DNA of 64,000 nucleotides, taken from contig OZ245003.1 of the NCBI GenBank assembly GCA_965223425.1, positions 1,344,001 to 1,408,000 of the forward strand, read 5' to 3'. The notes under the pieces are model-generated. The model was not told the origin of the DNA. It saw nothing but the letters and a program-made list of their open reading frames with translations, and did no database searches. Each line of letters begins with the position of its first letter. Within the stretch, counting starts at the first letter, position 1. The DNA is from Nitrosopumilus sp. Lineage in GTDB: Archaea > Thermoproteota > Nitrososphaeria > Nitrososphaerales > Nitrosopumilaceae. Both the position numbers and the translations under genes were made by a program. Positions 53,396 to 63,802 of the stretch are shown in pieces.

Positions 53396-53935
53396 TCATA
53401 TTCGTGATTCTACATCAAAAAATGCAGAATTAGTCTCCTCAATTGACTTTGCTCCTGCAATCACACCCTTGCCTGATGCAAACAACAATGCAACACAGCT
53501 ATCCTGAATTCTGTAAATCAGACCGGGGAATTGTTCTGGCTCATAGATGCTTTTGGGCAGTGTCCTAGCAAGAGTCTCTATTGGTAGTTTTTTGTTTACA
53601 TTAAACCCTGATACAATGTTTCTTACCTGTGATGTGATCTTGGCGGGTTTGGCTATCTTGTATTTTTGCAAGATTTTGCATGCTTTCTTTAACTCTTTTT
53701 TGGCCTGATCTGGGCTCTTTGTTCCCACTGAAATCAGTTTTCCGGTTCTAAAGACTGTTACCCTGCCTGTCATAGAATCATCTTTTACATAACCGCATCT
53801 ATACAGTTCTAAATTTGAGCTAAGATGCTTGTATTTGTTAAAGGAGGATATGTTTATTTCTTGTTCAAGGTCTGCAGTACATACTGTATTTTGAATCTTT
53901 ATTTCTGATCGTAGTTTGATGCTTGATGTTTTCAA
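53396..53935 (-). CDS. tbp: TATA-box-binding protein (divergent paralog)
   Basis: IQNTVCTADL, VFRTGKLISVG, YEPEQFPGLIYR, LLFASGK. Confidence 0.93.
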   Translation of the reverse strand: MKTSSIKLRSEIKIQNTVCTADLEQEINISSFNKYKHLSSNLELYRCGYVKDDSMTGRVTVFRTGKLISVGTKSPDQAKKELKKACKILQKYKIAKPAKITSQVRNIVSGFNVNKKLPIETLARTLPKSIYEPEQFPGLIYRIQDSCVALLFASGKGVIAGAKSIEETNSAFFDVESRI

Positions 53936-53976
53936 TTATGATTGTTTTTGTATTTGTGGGTTTTAAGAATGCTTAA

Positions 53977-54388
53977 ATGATCCTCAATGTTTGTAAAATC
54001 ACAAAATTGTCAGACAACCATGCTACACGAAATATGGGACTGGCATATGTTTTTTCGATGTTGTCACGTAAAGGATGGAAATATGAAGTTGTAAAACAAG
54101 GCAGAGCAGAATTGCATCGTATAAAGGGAAATAATATTGAACGCGTTATAAAAATACGGACATTGTCAAAAGAAGCGCCGGTTCCTTTTCCTCAAGGACT
54201 AGATGTTCTTGATCAAATTCACTACCTTGTTATTTGTCATAGCCTCAAATCACAGCCAAAGTTAGTAGTACTGGAACCTAAAACAGTAAAAAATTATTTA
54301 CAAGGACTCGATAAATGAAGATGTATACTGGTTGCAAAATCCCGATTACATCAAACACGATCTCTCTTTTGAGAAGGTTTTTGGATGA
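53977..54388 (+). pseudogene. Hypothetical protein, probably frameshifted in the A-tract near 54290
   Basis: Alternative frame continues IIYKDSINEDVYWLQ...FEKVFG* up to hsdS. Confidence 0.5.
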
Positions 54389-54394
54389 GTTATT

Positions 54395-55807
54395 TTGATA
54401 GAAGAAAATCTTCCAAAGGGATGGGCGGAGATAATCTTGGATGATTATGTGTTTATAGCCGGAAGAATAGGGTGGAAAGGACTGAAAAGCAGTGAATATA
54501 CAGATACAGGACCATTTCTTTTAGCTGTTAAAGATATTGATGATAATGGTCAGATAAACTATAATGGAGTAAGAAATCATATTTCTGAATTTAGATATGA
54601 TGAGTCACCCGAAATCAAATTATGTAAAGATGATATTTTGATCACAAAGGATGGAACTATAGGAAAAATAGGATATGTGAATGATTTGCCCAGTCCCACT
54701 ACAGTAAATTCCTCTATTTTGGTTGTTCGACCAGCAGAATTGATGTTTCCAAAATACTTGTTTCACTATTTCAGATCCCCCCTCTTTCAACATATTGTAA
54801 AAGAGAAAATTAAGGGCATTTCAATTCCTCACTTATTTCAATATGACATAAAAAAATTCCACTTGCGAATAGCTCCGTCCAATGAACAAAAACGTATCGT
54901 CTCCAAAATCGAATCAATCTTCGCACAGATTGATGCTGCTAAGGAAAGACTAGAGACTCTTGCATCACAGACAAAGTTGGCTTCGAACAGCCTTGAGATG
55001 TTAAGAAGTAGCGTGCTAAAACAGGCCTTTGAAGGAAAATTAGTGCCACAAGATCCGAATGACGAACCAGCCGAGCTTCTTTTGAAGAAAATTAACAAGG
55101 ATTCCAAAGAAGAATTGGTTTTTGAGAATGATAATCTTCCCAAAGGATGGATAGAGACTAAATTAGAAAACTGCATAGAAATTTTAGATAGTAAACGAAT
55201 TCCAATAAACTCCAGTGAACGCAAGCAAAGACAAGGAAAAATACCCTACTATGGTTCAACAGGACAAGTTGGATGGATTAATGATTATTTGTTTAATGAA
55301 GAATTAGTGCTATTGGGAGAAGATGCAGCACCCTTTTTAGACAATTTCAAGGACAAAGCATATTTGATTTCTGGAAACAGCTGGGTAAATAACCATGCTC
55401 ATGTGTTGAAAGGTATTGCAGATTTATTGTTGAATAGTTTTCTTTGTTACTTTCTTAATCAATTTAATTATCATGATTACGTTACTGGAACAACCAGATT
55501 AAAACTAAATCAGACGCGCATGAAAATGATTCCCATTTTAATCCCCCCCATCAACGAACAAAAATGCATCGTCTCCAAAATCGAATCAATCTTTGCCGAG
55601 ATTGATGCAACCAACAAATACGTTAGTGACGCATTACGAACACTTGATATGTTAAAGCAAAGTGTTCTCAAGCAAGCCTTTGAAGGAAAACTAGTTCCAC
55701 AGGATCCTGACGACGAACCGGCAGAAATTCTACTTCAAAAAATACACCAAAAAAAGCAATTAATACAAAAAACAAAACCCAAAAGAGGAACAAAAAATGT
55801 CAAATGA
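54395..55807 (+). CDS. hsdS: Type I R-M specificity subunit (complete, two TRDs)
   Basis: LPKGW x2, EQKRIVSKIESIF, KQAFEGKLVPQDP. Confidence 0.95.
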   Translation: MIEENLPKGWAEIILDDYVFIAGRIGWKGLKSSEYTDTGPFLLAVKDIDDNGQINYNGVRNHISEFRYDESPEIKLCKDDILITKDGTIGKIGYVNDLPSPTTVNSSILVVRPAELMFPKYLFHYFRSPLFQHIVKEKIKGISIPHLFQYDIKKFHLRIAPSNEQKRIVSKIESIFAQIDAAKERLETLASQTKLASNSLEMLRSSVLKQAFEGKLVPQDPNDEPAELLLKKINKDSKEELVFENDNLPKGWIETKLENCIEILDSKRIPINSSERKQRQGKIPYYGSTGQVGWINDYLFNEELVLLGEDAAPFLDNFKDKAYLISGNSWVNNHAHVLKGIADLLLNSFLCYFLNQFNYHDYVTGTTRLKLNQTRMKMIPILIPPINEQKCIVSKIESIFAEIDATNKYVSDALRTLDMLKQSVLKQAFEGKLVPQDPDDEPAEILLQKIHQKKQLIQKTKPKRGTKNVK

Positions 55808-57281
55808 AGCTCCAATCATAGTTCAAAAATTATGGAATTTTTGTAATGTTCTAAGAGATGATGGTGTATCCTACGGTGATTATGTTCAGCAGCTGACAAA
55901 TCTATTATTTTTAAAGATGGCAGATGAGCAGACAAAACCGCCATTCAAAAAAGAATCAATCATCCCCAAAAAATATGACTGGAGTACACTTGTATCAAAG
56001 ACTGGAGATGATTTAGAAAATCATTATAGGCATGCTTTAGAGAATCTAGCTAAAGAATCAGGGTTATTGGGTGTGATTTTTAGAAAATCCCAAAACAAAA
56101 TCCAAGACCCTGCAAAGCTAGAACGACTAATCAAGCTAATTGACGGGGATTCAAAAGACAGGGGTAGAATTCTCTGGATGGGAATGGATATTGATGTAAA
56201 AGGTGAAATCTACGAAGGCCTACTAGAAAAAAATGCAGAAGATGTTAAGAGCGGTGCAGGTCAGTACTTTACACCAAGAGCGCTAATCTCTGCGATAGTT
56301 GATGTAATTGCACCAGAACCAAAAGAGACAGTAGGAGATCCTGCATGTGGTACCGGAGGATTTTTCTTATCTACACACAAACATTTGACTGAGAATTTCA
56401 ATTTAGATCCTGATCAAAAGAAATTCCTCAAAGAGAAAACTTTCAAGGGATGGGACATTGTAACTGAAGTTGTAAGATTATGTGCAATGAGCATGTATCT
56501 TCACGGTATTGGATCCACTGAAAGTCAGATTGTTGTAGGGGATTCACTGATCTCAGATCCTGGCGACAGATTTGACATTGTGATGACAAATCCTCCATTT
56601 GGAAAAAAATCAAGCACTGTAATATTTTCAGAGACAGGAAAAGCAGAACGTGAAACATTATCCTATGAGAGAGATGACTTTTGGGCAACAACATCAAACA
56701 AGCAGTTGAATTTTCTGCAGCATGTAAAGACAATACTCAAAACAAATGGAAGATGTGCTATTGTAGTTCCTGACAATGTATTGTTTGAAGGAGGTGCAGG
56801 TGAGACAGTAAGAAAAAAGATGCTAGAACAGATGAACTGTCATACTCTATTGAGATTACCTACCGGAATATTCTATGCAGGCGGAGTTAAAGCAAATGTG
56901 TTATTCTTTGATAAAAAACCAGCAAGGACAGATGGAAAAGCTTGGACTGACAAACTCTGGATTTATGACTTTAGAACAAATCAGCATTTTACCCTAAAAG
57001 AAAACCAGCTTTCCAGAGATCATCTAGATGACTTTGTAAAATGTTATAATGCAAAAAATATTTTAAAAAGAAAGGAAACAGAGAAATTCCGTGCATATTC
57101 CCATGATGATTTGATCAAAAGAGACAAGACATCATTGGATATTTTTTGGTTAAAAGATGACTCATTAGAAGATATTGAAAGTTTGCCTCCGCCTGAAATT
57201 CTGTCTGATGAAATTAAAGAAAATTTAGAATCTGCATTGGATTCAGTAAATGAACTGATTGAGAACCTAAGAGAAAAGTAA
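55797..57281 (+). CDS. hsdM: Type I R-M N6-adenine methyltransferase
   Basis: GQYFTPR, DPACGTGGF, NPPF. Confidence 0.97.
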   Translation: MSNEAPIIVQKLWNFCNVLRDDGVSYGDYVQQLTNLLFLKMADEQTKPPFKKESIIPKKYDWSTLVSKTGDDLENHYRHALENLAKESGLLGVIFRKSQNKIQDPAKLERLIKLIDGDSKDRGRILWMGMDIDVKGEIYEGLLEKNAEDVKSGAGQYFTPRALISAIVDVIAPEPKETVGDPACGTGGFFLSTHKHLTENFNLDPDQKKFLKEKTFKGWDIVTEVVRLCAMSMYLHGIGSTESQIVVGDSLISDPGDRFDIVMTNPPFGKKSSTVIFSETGKAERETLSYERDDFWATTSNKQLNFLQHVKTILKTNGRCAIVVPDNVLFEGGAGETVRKKMLEQMNCHTLLRLPTGIFYAGGVKANVLFFDKKPARTDGKAWTDKLWIYDFRTNQHFTLKENQLSRDHLDDFVKCYNAKNILKRKETEKFRAYSHDDLIKRDKTSLDIFWLKDDSLEDIESLPPPEILSDEIKENLESALDSVNELIENLREK

Positions 57282-57328
57282 TCAGTGTATTTGTCGAAAG
57301 TTTTACAAACAAGATAAATACCATCAAC

Positions 57329-60091
57329 TTGAGACAAATCTTGAATCCCGAAAACAAAGCACGTCAGGATATCGATAAAATGTTGATTGATTCAGGATGG
57401 GTTATCCAAGACTATGATGATAGAAATCTTAGTGCAGGATTGGGAGTGGCAGTTAGAGAATATCCGCTGAGCAAAGATCATGCAGATTATGTACTGTTCA
57501 TTGATTCGCAACCTGTAGGTGTGGTAGAGGCAAAAAAATACGGTTATACTTTGGGCGGCGTAGTTGAGCAATCAGAAAAATATCTAGATGGATTGCATGA
57601 AAAGTTTACCCGCGCCCCCATAAAACCCCCGTTTTCTTATGAAACAACAGGTATAGAAACCAAGTTTGCAGACAGACGTGATCCATATTATCGTTCTCGT
57701 TATGTCTTTACATTCCATCGGCCAGAATTGCTACAAGAATGGCTACAAGAAGAAAAAACCTTACGTGCAAGGCTAAAAGGCATTCCAAAATTGGATTATG
57801 AGAATTTGTGGGATTGCCAGCTAGAGGCAATAACAAATCTAGAGGATTCCTTTGCTCAAAACAAACCTCGTGCGTTAATTCAGATGGCAACAGGGTCAGG
57901 CAAGACATTTACAGCTGTTACAGCAATTTATCGATTAATCAAACACACAAAAGCAAAAAAGATTCTATTTCTAGTTGACAGATCTAATTTAGGAAAACAA
58001 GCACTGCGTGAATTTCAACAATATGCTACGCCAGATGATGGAAGAAAATTTACTGATCTGTATAATGTGCAATTATTACAATCGCATACAATTGATCCTG
58101 TCTCAAAAGTTGTAATATCCACTATTCAAAGAATGTTCTCTGTTCTAAAAAACGACAAAGAATATCAAGAAGAAAATGACGAGTTTTCATCATTTGAAGA
58201 TCCTTCTATAGATGAAACGCCTATAAATGTAAAGTATAACGCAGACATTCCAATCGGAGAGTTTGATTTTATTGTAATCGATGAATGCCACCGTTCCATT
58301 TACAACAAATGGAAGCAGGTCTTAGATTATTTTGATTCATTTCTAATTGGGTTGACTGCGACTCCTTCAAATGATACTATAGGATTTTTTAACAATAATC
58401 AAGTAATGAGGTATAATCATGAAAGAGCAGTTGTAGATGAGGTAAATGTAGGGTATCATGTATACAGGATCAAAACCAAAATTGGTGATAGCGGGGGTAA
58501 AGTTGATGCAGGACAATACGTTGAAAAACGCGATAGGCTTACACGCAAACAAGAAGCAGAATTTTTGGATAATGATTTTTTGTTTACCAAAAATGATCTA
58601 GATAGATCTATTGTTGTGAAAGACCAAATCAGGCTCATCATTCGCACTTTCAAAGAAAGGCTGTATGAGATTTTCCCAAACAGAACCAATGTTCCTAAAA
58701 CACTAATCTTTGCAAAAGATGACTCTCATGCAGAAGACATTACAGAGATAGTTCAGGAGGAATTTGGTCTTGGAAATGATTTCTGTAAAAAAATTACATA
58801 TCGTACAAAAGAAAAGCCAGAAGATTTGATCTCTAGCTTTAGAAATTCACCCATGCCAAGGATTGTAGTGACAGTGGACATGATTGCAACAGGAACTGAC
58901 ATCAAACCTCTTGAATGTATTGTCTTTATGCGAGATGTCAAAACTAAAAATTACTTTGATCAGATGAAAGGTCGTGGAACCAGAACAATAAAAGACGATG
59001 ACTTGATTGCAGTGACACCGGATGCAAAATCCAAAACTCATTTTGTTATAGTTGATGCAGTGGGGGTTTGTGAGCATTCAATGAGCGACACTCATTCTTT
59101 GCAAAAAAAACCAAATGCTTCATTTAAAGAGCTTATGAACATAGCAACTGACAAAAATGCAGATACAGAAGATATTGAAAGTTTGATCTATCGTTTGTCT
59201 AGACTGAATAAAAAATTGAGCCAAGAAGACAAAGATGAGATCGCCAATGTAAACAATGGAAATTCGCTTACAGACATTGAAAGAACATTACTTGAAGGAA
59301 TTGATTCAGACAAAAGAATAGAAAATACAAAAAAACAGTTTCACACTGATGAACCAACAAAAGAACAAATCAAAACTGTCTCAAAACAAATGATTGATGA
59401 AGCATGCAAAGTGTTTGATTCTCCAAAATTACGTAGAACTATTTTAGATATAAAAAACAAAAACGAACAAGTCATCGATGACATATCAATTGATGAGTTG
59501 ATCGAAAGTGGTTTTGTTGACAAGGTACGAGAGATTGACAAAAATACAGTCAAGAATTGGACTGAATTTATTGAAAAGAACAGAGATCAGATTGTTGCCC
59601 TTGATATTATTTACTCCAAACCGTATAGGATGAGGGAAATCACATTTTCAGACATTAAGAATCTGGCCAACGCTATTAGGAAACCTCCATACAATTTGAC
59701 ACCTGAATTACTTTGGAGCACCTATCAAAGATTAGATAAATCAAAGGTAAAAAATAGTCCTCAAAAAATGCTGACCAACTTGATATCTCTTGTGCGCTAT
59801 TCCTCCTCTAAAAAAGGGGAATTGCTCTTGCCGTTCTCAGATATATTGGATGAGAAATTTGAAAAATGGCTTGAGCAACAGGAATCCTCCGGCCGCAAGT
59901 TCACACCAGAACAAAAAGAATGGCTTGTAATGATAAAAAATACTCTTGCAAGTTCTGTCTCAATTGACATTGATGCACTAGATGATGTTCCGTTTAATAA
60001 GAAAGGTGGTAGAGTAAAGTTTTATGAAATATTTGGAGACAAATATGATAAAATATTAGAGGAACTGCAAGAAGCACTAATTAATTCATGA
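57329..60091 (+). CDS. hsdR: Type I R-M restriction subunit
   Basis: ADY...VEAK, MATGSGKT, DECHRS, LTATP, QMKGRGTR. Confidence 0.97.
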   Translation: MRQILNPENKARQDIDKMLIDSGWVIQDYDDRNLSAGLGVAVREYPLSKDHADYVLFIDSQPVGVVEAKKYGYTLGGVVEQSEKYLDGLHEKFTRAPIKPPFSYETTGIETKFADRRDPYYRSRYVFTFHRPELLQEWLQEEKTLRARLKGIPKLDYENLWDCQLEAITNLEDSFAQNKPRALIQMATGSGKTFTAVTAIYRLIKHTKAKKILFLVDRSNLGKQALREFQQYATPDDGRKFTDLYNVQLLQSHTIDPVSKVVISTIQRMFSVLKNDKEYQEENDEFSSFEDPSIDETPINVKYNADIPIGEFDFIVIDECHRSIYNKWKQVLDYFDSFLIGLTATPSNDTIGFFNNNQVMRYNHERAVVDEVNVGYHVYRIKTKIGDSGGKVDAGQYVEKRDRLTRKQEAEFLDNDFLFTKNDLDRSIVVKDQIRLIIRTFKERLYEIFPNRTNVPKTLIFAKDDSHAEDITEIVQEEFGLGNDFCKKITYRTKEKPEDLISSFRNSPMPRIVVTVDMIATGTDIKPLECIVFMRDVKTKNYFDQMKGRGTRTIKDDDLIAVTPDAKSKTHFVIVDAVGVCEHSMSDTHSLQKKPNASFKELMNIATDKNADTEDIESLIYRLSRLNKKLSQEDKDEIANVNNGNSLTDIERTLLEGIDSDKRIENTKKQFHTDEPTKEQIKTVSKQMIDEACKVFDSPKLRRTILDIKNKNEQVIDDISIDELIESGFVDKVREIDKNTVKNWTEFIEKNRDQIVALDIIYSKPYRMREITFSDIKNLANAIRKPPYNLTPELLWSTYQRLDKSKVKNSPQKMLTNLISLVRYSSSKKGELLLPFSDILDEKFEKWLEQQESSGRKFTPEQKEWLVMIKNTLASSVSIDIDALDDVPFNKKGGRVKFYEIFGDKYDKILEELQEALINS

Positions 60092-60738
60092 ATGCATTTA
60101 ACATTGATACAGCATTACAATCTTTATCCCAAATCCGTCCGATTTTTCACAACGAAGCAGATTTTCAATTTTCATTTGCATGGGAAATTCAGAAACAAAA
60201 TCCAGATTATGGTATTCGATTAGAATACAAGGTTCCTCAATTTACTAGCCGCTATACAGACATATGGATAAAAGGAGAAAATCCCATTGCAATTGAATTA
60301 AAGTACAAGCCAGTGTCAATGCAGTTACAGCATAATAAAGAAATATTTGAACTGAAAAAACATGGGGCACAAGATATTGGCAGATATGATTTTCTAAAAG
60401 ATGTTCAAAGACTGGAAGAAATTATTATGAAATACCCTGAAACTAGTGCATATGCAATCATAATAACAAACGATGAATTATACTGGAAGAATCCACAAAA
60501 ATATAATTCTGTCGATAAAGACTTTAAGATACATCAAGATCGAAACATTCAGGGTACCTTATCATGGTCATCAGAGACTGGGAAAGGTACGATGAAGGCA
60601 AGAGAAGAGCCGATAAAAATTAATGGTAGTTACAACATAAATTGGAAAAATTATTCTAACTTTGATCAAAAATATGGACAATTTAAAATGTTATGTTTGG
60701 AGATTGATTTATCGTTTCATACGCAAGCGCAATCATAA
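60088..60738 (+). CDS. Hypothetical protein, likely PD-(D/E)XK fold
   Basis: FHNEADFQF...TDIW...AIELKY...YDFLKDVQRLE. Confidence 0.65.
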   Translation: MNAFNIDTALQSLSQIRPIFHNEADFQFSFAWEIQKQNPDYGIRLEYKVPQFTSRYTDIWIKGENPIAIELKYKPVSMQLQHNKEIFELKKHGAQDIGRYDFLKDVQRLEEIIMKYPETSAYAIIITNDELYWKNPQKYNSVDKDFKIHQDRNIQGTLSWSSETGKGTMKAREEPIKINGSYNINWKNYSNFDQKYGQFKMLCLEIDLSFHTQAQS

Positions 60739-61900
60739 TCAAAAATACATATACAAAAATCAAAAAATTACTTGCGTCAATCCCGGCAAAGATTGATTCG
60801 ATTTTTGCAGTTATTTTATTTTGTTTTTCTATAGATGTTGTACTTATCTCAATTTTTGATAATATTTTTCCGGAAATATACGGTTGTCCAGAACCAGCAC
60901 TTAATTTATTTAATTTAAGATTCTTTAATTGGTATAGAAAAAATCTTAAATTTATCTCTACTTTGGGTACTAATCCAATTGAATTGTCCGTTATCCACAC
61001 TTTTCCAGAATAAGAATGAACATTTCCGCATTGTGCTCCCACACGTCCAATTATGAGAACATCTCCCTCATGATTTTCTTTATTATGGAAATCTAGGAGT
61101 CCATTCCCACCAAAAACTGGAATTTTCCCTCCACAGATCTTATTTCTTGGAAGAAATTTTCCATGTTTCGTTTCAAAAATTTTTGAAAGAATGATTTTTT
61201 CTAGTGGTTTTAATGCTTCGTCATCTAGATCTTGAGGAACGAGTCTTTCTGCAAATGCCTGCCTGAGTACGCTGTCTTTGAGAGTAGACAGGGATACCTG
61301 CCCCGATTTTAACCGGCACTGTAGATCCATCAACCTTTTCATACATGCATCAATCTGTGCGAAGATTGATTCGATTTTGGATACGATGCGTTTTTGTTCA
61401 TTTAATGGTGGAAGATTAAACCACAATTGTCGAATGGTGGTTTTTGAAATTTCCTTAAATGTAGTTCCTGTTGCTTTTTTTGTTATGATGCCTCTATTTG
61501 CCCACAGCCAATACGCTAGAAAATAATTGTAAACAGCATTTGAGCATATGAAAGATGCAAATCCCTGGTTTGTGGTTACTGGCACACCAGCTATTGAAAC
61601 AAATCCTATGCTTGCTCTTGATGTCAAAAGCACTGATCCTTGAGGAACAATCTTTGCAGAGCTTTTTTGAAGGCCGAGTTCTGTAATTTTTTCTCTAGAA
61701 TCAACAACCTCAACGATTTTATCTTTTGGAATCTCAGTGGGGGTAAACCACGATATATTTCCACCAAAATATTCTTGAATTTTTCTTGATGGTGTTCCGC
61801 CTCCTGCCAAGTCGCAGATATTTTGGATTTTTGTCCTAACCCATCCCTTTGGAAGATTCTTTTTTCCAAACTCCTCCGCAGATTCTTTAATCAAAACCAA
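60683..61900 (-). CDS. hsdS: Second, inverted hsdS with two different TRDs, lacking the conserved C-terminus (silent-cassette-like)
   Basis: LPKGW, GGGTPSR, EQKRIVSKIESIF; homology ends at FAGIDA near 60772. Confidence 0.9.
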   Translation of the reverse strand: MVLIKESAEEFGKKNLPKGWVRTKIQNICDLAGGGTPSRKIQEYFGGNISWFTPTEIPKDKIVEVVDSREKITELGLQKSSAKIVPQGSVLLTSRASIGFVSIAGVPVTTNQGFASFICSNAVYNYFLAYWLWANRGIITKKATGTTFKEISKTTIRQLWFNLPPLNEQKRIVSKIESIFAQIDACMKRLMDLQCRLKSGQVSLSTLKDSVLRQAFAERLVPQDLDDEALKPLEKIILSKIFETKHGKFLPRNKICGGKIPVFGGNGLLDFHNKENHEGDVLIIGRVGAQCGNVHSYSGKVWITDNSIGLVPKVEINLRFFLYQLKNLKLNKLSAGSGQPYISGKILSKIEISTTSIEKQNKITAKIESIFAGIDASNFLIFVYVFLIMIALAYETINQSPNITF

Positions 61901-61921
61901 TCATCAAACCTGTCCAATGAA

Positions 61922-63802
61922 CTATCTTGTATGTTTTGACAGTTTACTAAATTTTTCATATGCGTTATTGGCAGCGTCTTTGATTTTGTCTAGTGACAAT
62001 ATTTTTCCATCCATGAATGTATTGTAGAAAACTTTGATTGATATTTCGGGAGTGATACGCTGTGTGCCTGATTTATTAAACAGTACTGCAATCTCACCAT
62101 ATGTAGACATTATCACTGATGTTGGACAATTCTCTATTTGTGACATTTTTGCCGCATCTTCGAATGCATTTTCAAGTTTGATTACACATGAATTGTAATC
62201 TGATTCAAAACGACCATATTTTTTTTCGCCCAATATGGCGTATTGAAAATCGCCGTCATAAAATTCATGTCTGGTACAGTGAATGTCAGAAATACTCCAT
62301 GTTCCATTTTTTGTCACAATGCAAGACAGGGACTCAACAAACCGAGACTTTTCAGACAGCGGTGCAATAGCTATGCCTCCTTTACCATATCCAAGAATAA
62401 ATGGTTTATTGTGTTTCATGGCTAGTTTTTTTGCGTCAGAGAATGCACCAGACAACTGTATCCTTCCTTCTGAGAGAAATCCAAGTCCTCCATATTCGAT
62501 TATGCCTTTTGTCAGACAATCATATGCCCTTGGAACCATCTCATCTATAGTATAACCACTAAATGCAACCTCGTCCCAAAACTCTTCTTTGAGCATTTTT
62601 TCTATTTCTTCTTGACTAAATCTATCTTTCCAATGATCAAGTTTTTTTCTTGGAGTTATCCCACACACTGGTATGTATGGATAGCACCCCCATAGATTTG
62701 GAATTAGAACTATACTACATTCTTCATCTTTGTGTATGAAAAATGACATGTTGTGCTTTTTTGCCATGTTTGAGGCGTCTTGTAGCATGTCTTTGATCTT
62801 ATTTTTGTCCCACGAAGAATCCAGTTTGCCATATGACTTTGTAATTTGACGGCTTTCATATCTGACGCAAAATAGAGCGAACGTCTTTTTTGCTACATTC
62901 TTAATTTCATCAACACATAATATGCTACTATCCAAAAACTCGTTTGGTCGTACTGTGACAAATGAATTATCAAGTCCATGTGTATTTTTACATACTTTTA
63001 TTGCATCATAGTATTTGTTCTCTTTTTCGCTGTAACTTCTAGTCAAACCTATCGAAAACTCCTCGTTAAAAAAAGAAGACATTTTTGCTGCATCCTCAAA
63101 TGCATTTTCCAGTTTTATGATGCAATTAGTCTGTTCTGCATCAAATGCACCATATTTTCTTTCCTTACTGATGATGGCATTGGATAATTGCTCATGTAGT
63201 GACTTATCTGTTGGATTGCTAGAAAGCACATAAGAGTGCATATCTGAAACATTCCAACACCGTTTGTTATTACCAATTATGCATGCAAGCGGATCTATGA
63301 ATCTGGATATCTTAGATATTGGAGCGATTACCAATTCGTCTTTACAGTATCCCAAAACAAAGGGTTTTTTGTGCAAGTTGATCATGTTATGAGCATCAGT
63401 AAATGCATGGAATAATTTCTTTGTTATTTTATCACTATCCATGGAACCTGTCAGCTGACCATATCTCTTTATGCCGTAAACTATGCAGTCATGTACTCTT
63501 GGAACCATCTCATCTAAAGTATAACAGTTACATGCATCATCCTCAAATTCCTTTTTTAGATGTTCAATTATTTTCTCTTGGTTGTACTTTTTGATCTCCT
63601 CAGTTACTATGGGTTTTGTTACCGTACATGCAAGTATGTAGAATGGGTACGATTCAGAACGCGTAGATAGAATTATTTCATTCCAATCTATTCCCACGTA
63701 AACTGGTTCATTGTGGATTTTACACATATTTGATGCATATTCAAGCAATGAACGGAATTTAGCTTTGTTCCATGAAGAGTTGACATTACCATATGATTTC
63801 AC
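61922..63802 (-). CDS. 626-aa protein built of about six ~100-aa repeats (duplicated triplet)
   Basis: KSYG...SSW, YT(L/I)DEMVPR and IKLENAFEDAAKMS each occur twice. Confidence 0.8.
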   Translation of the reverse strand: MKSYGNVNSSWNKAKFRSLLEYASNMCKIHNEPVYVGIDWNEIILSTRSESYPFYILACTVTKPIVTEEIKKYNQEKIIEHLKKEFEDDACNCYTLDEMVPRVHDCIVYGIKRYGQLTGSMDSDKITKKLFHAFTDAHNMINLHKKPFVLGYCKDELVIAPISKISRFIDPLACIIGNNKRCWNVSDMHSYVLSSNPTDKSLHEQLSNAIISKERKYGAFDAEQTNCIIKLENAFEDAAKMSSFFNEEFSIGLTRSYSEKENKYYDAIKVCKNTHGLDNSFVTVRPNEFLDSSILCVDEIKNVAKKTFALFCVRYESRQITKSYGKLDSSWDKNKIKDMLQDASNMAKKHNMSFFIHKDEECSIVLIPNLWGCYPYIPVCGITPRKKLDHWKDRFSQEEIEKMLKEEFWDEVAFSGYTIDEMVPRAYDCLTKGIIEYGGLGFLSEGRIQLSGAFSDAKKLAMKHNKPFILGYGKGGIAIAPLSEKSRFVESLSCIVTKNGTWSISDIHCTRHEFYDGDFQYAILGEKKYGRFESDYNSCVIKLENAFEDAAKMSQIENCPTSVIMSTYGEIAVLFNKSGTQRITPEISIKVFYNTFMDGKILSLDKIKDAANNAYEKFSKLSKHTR

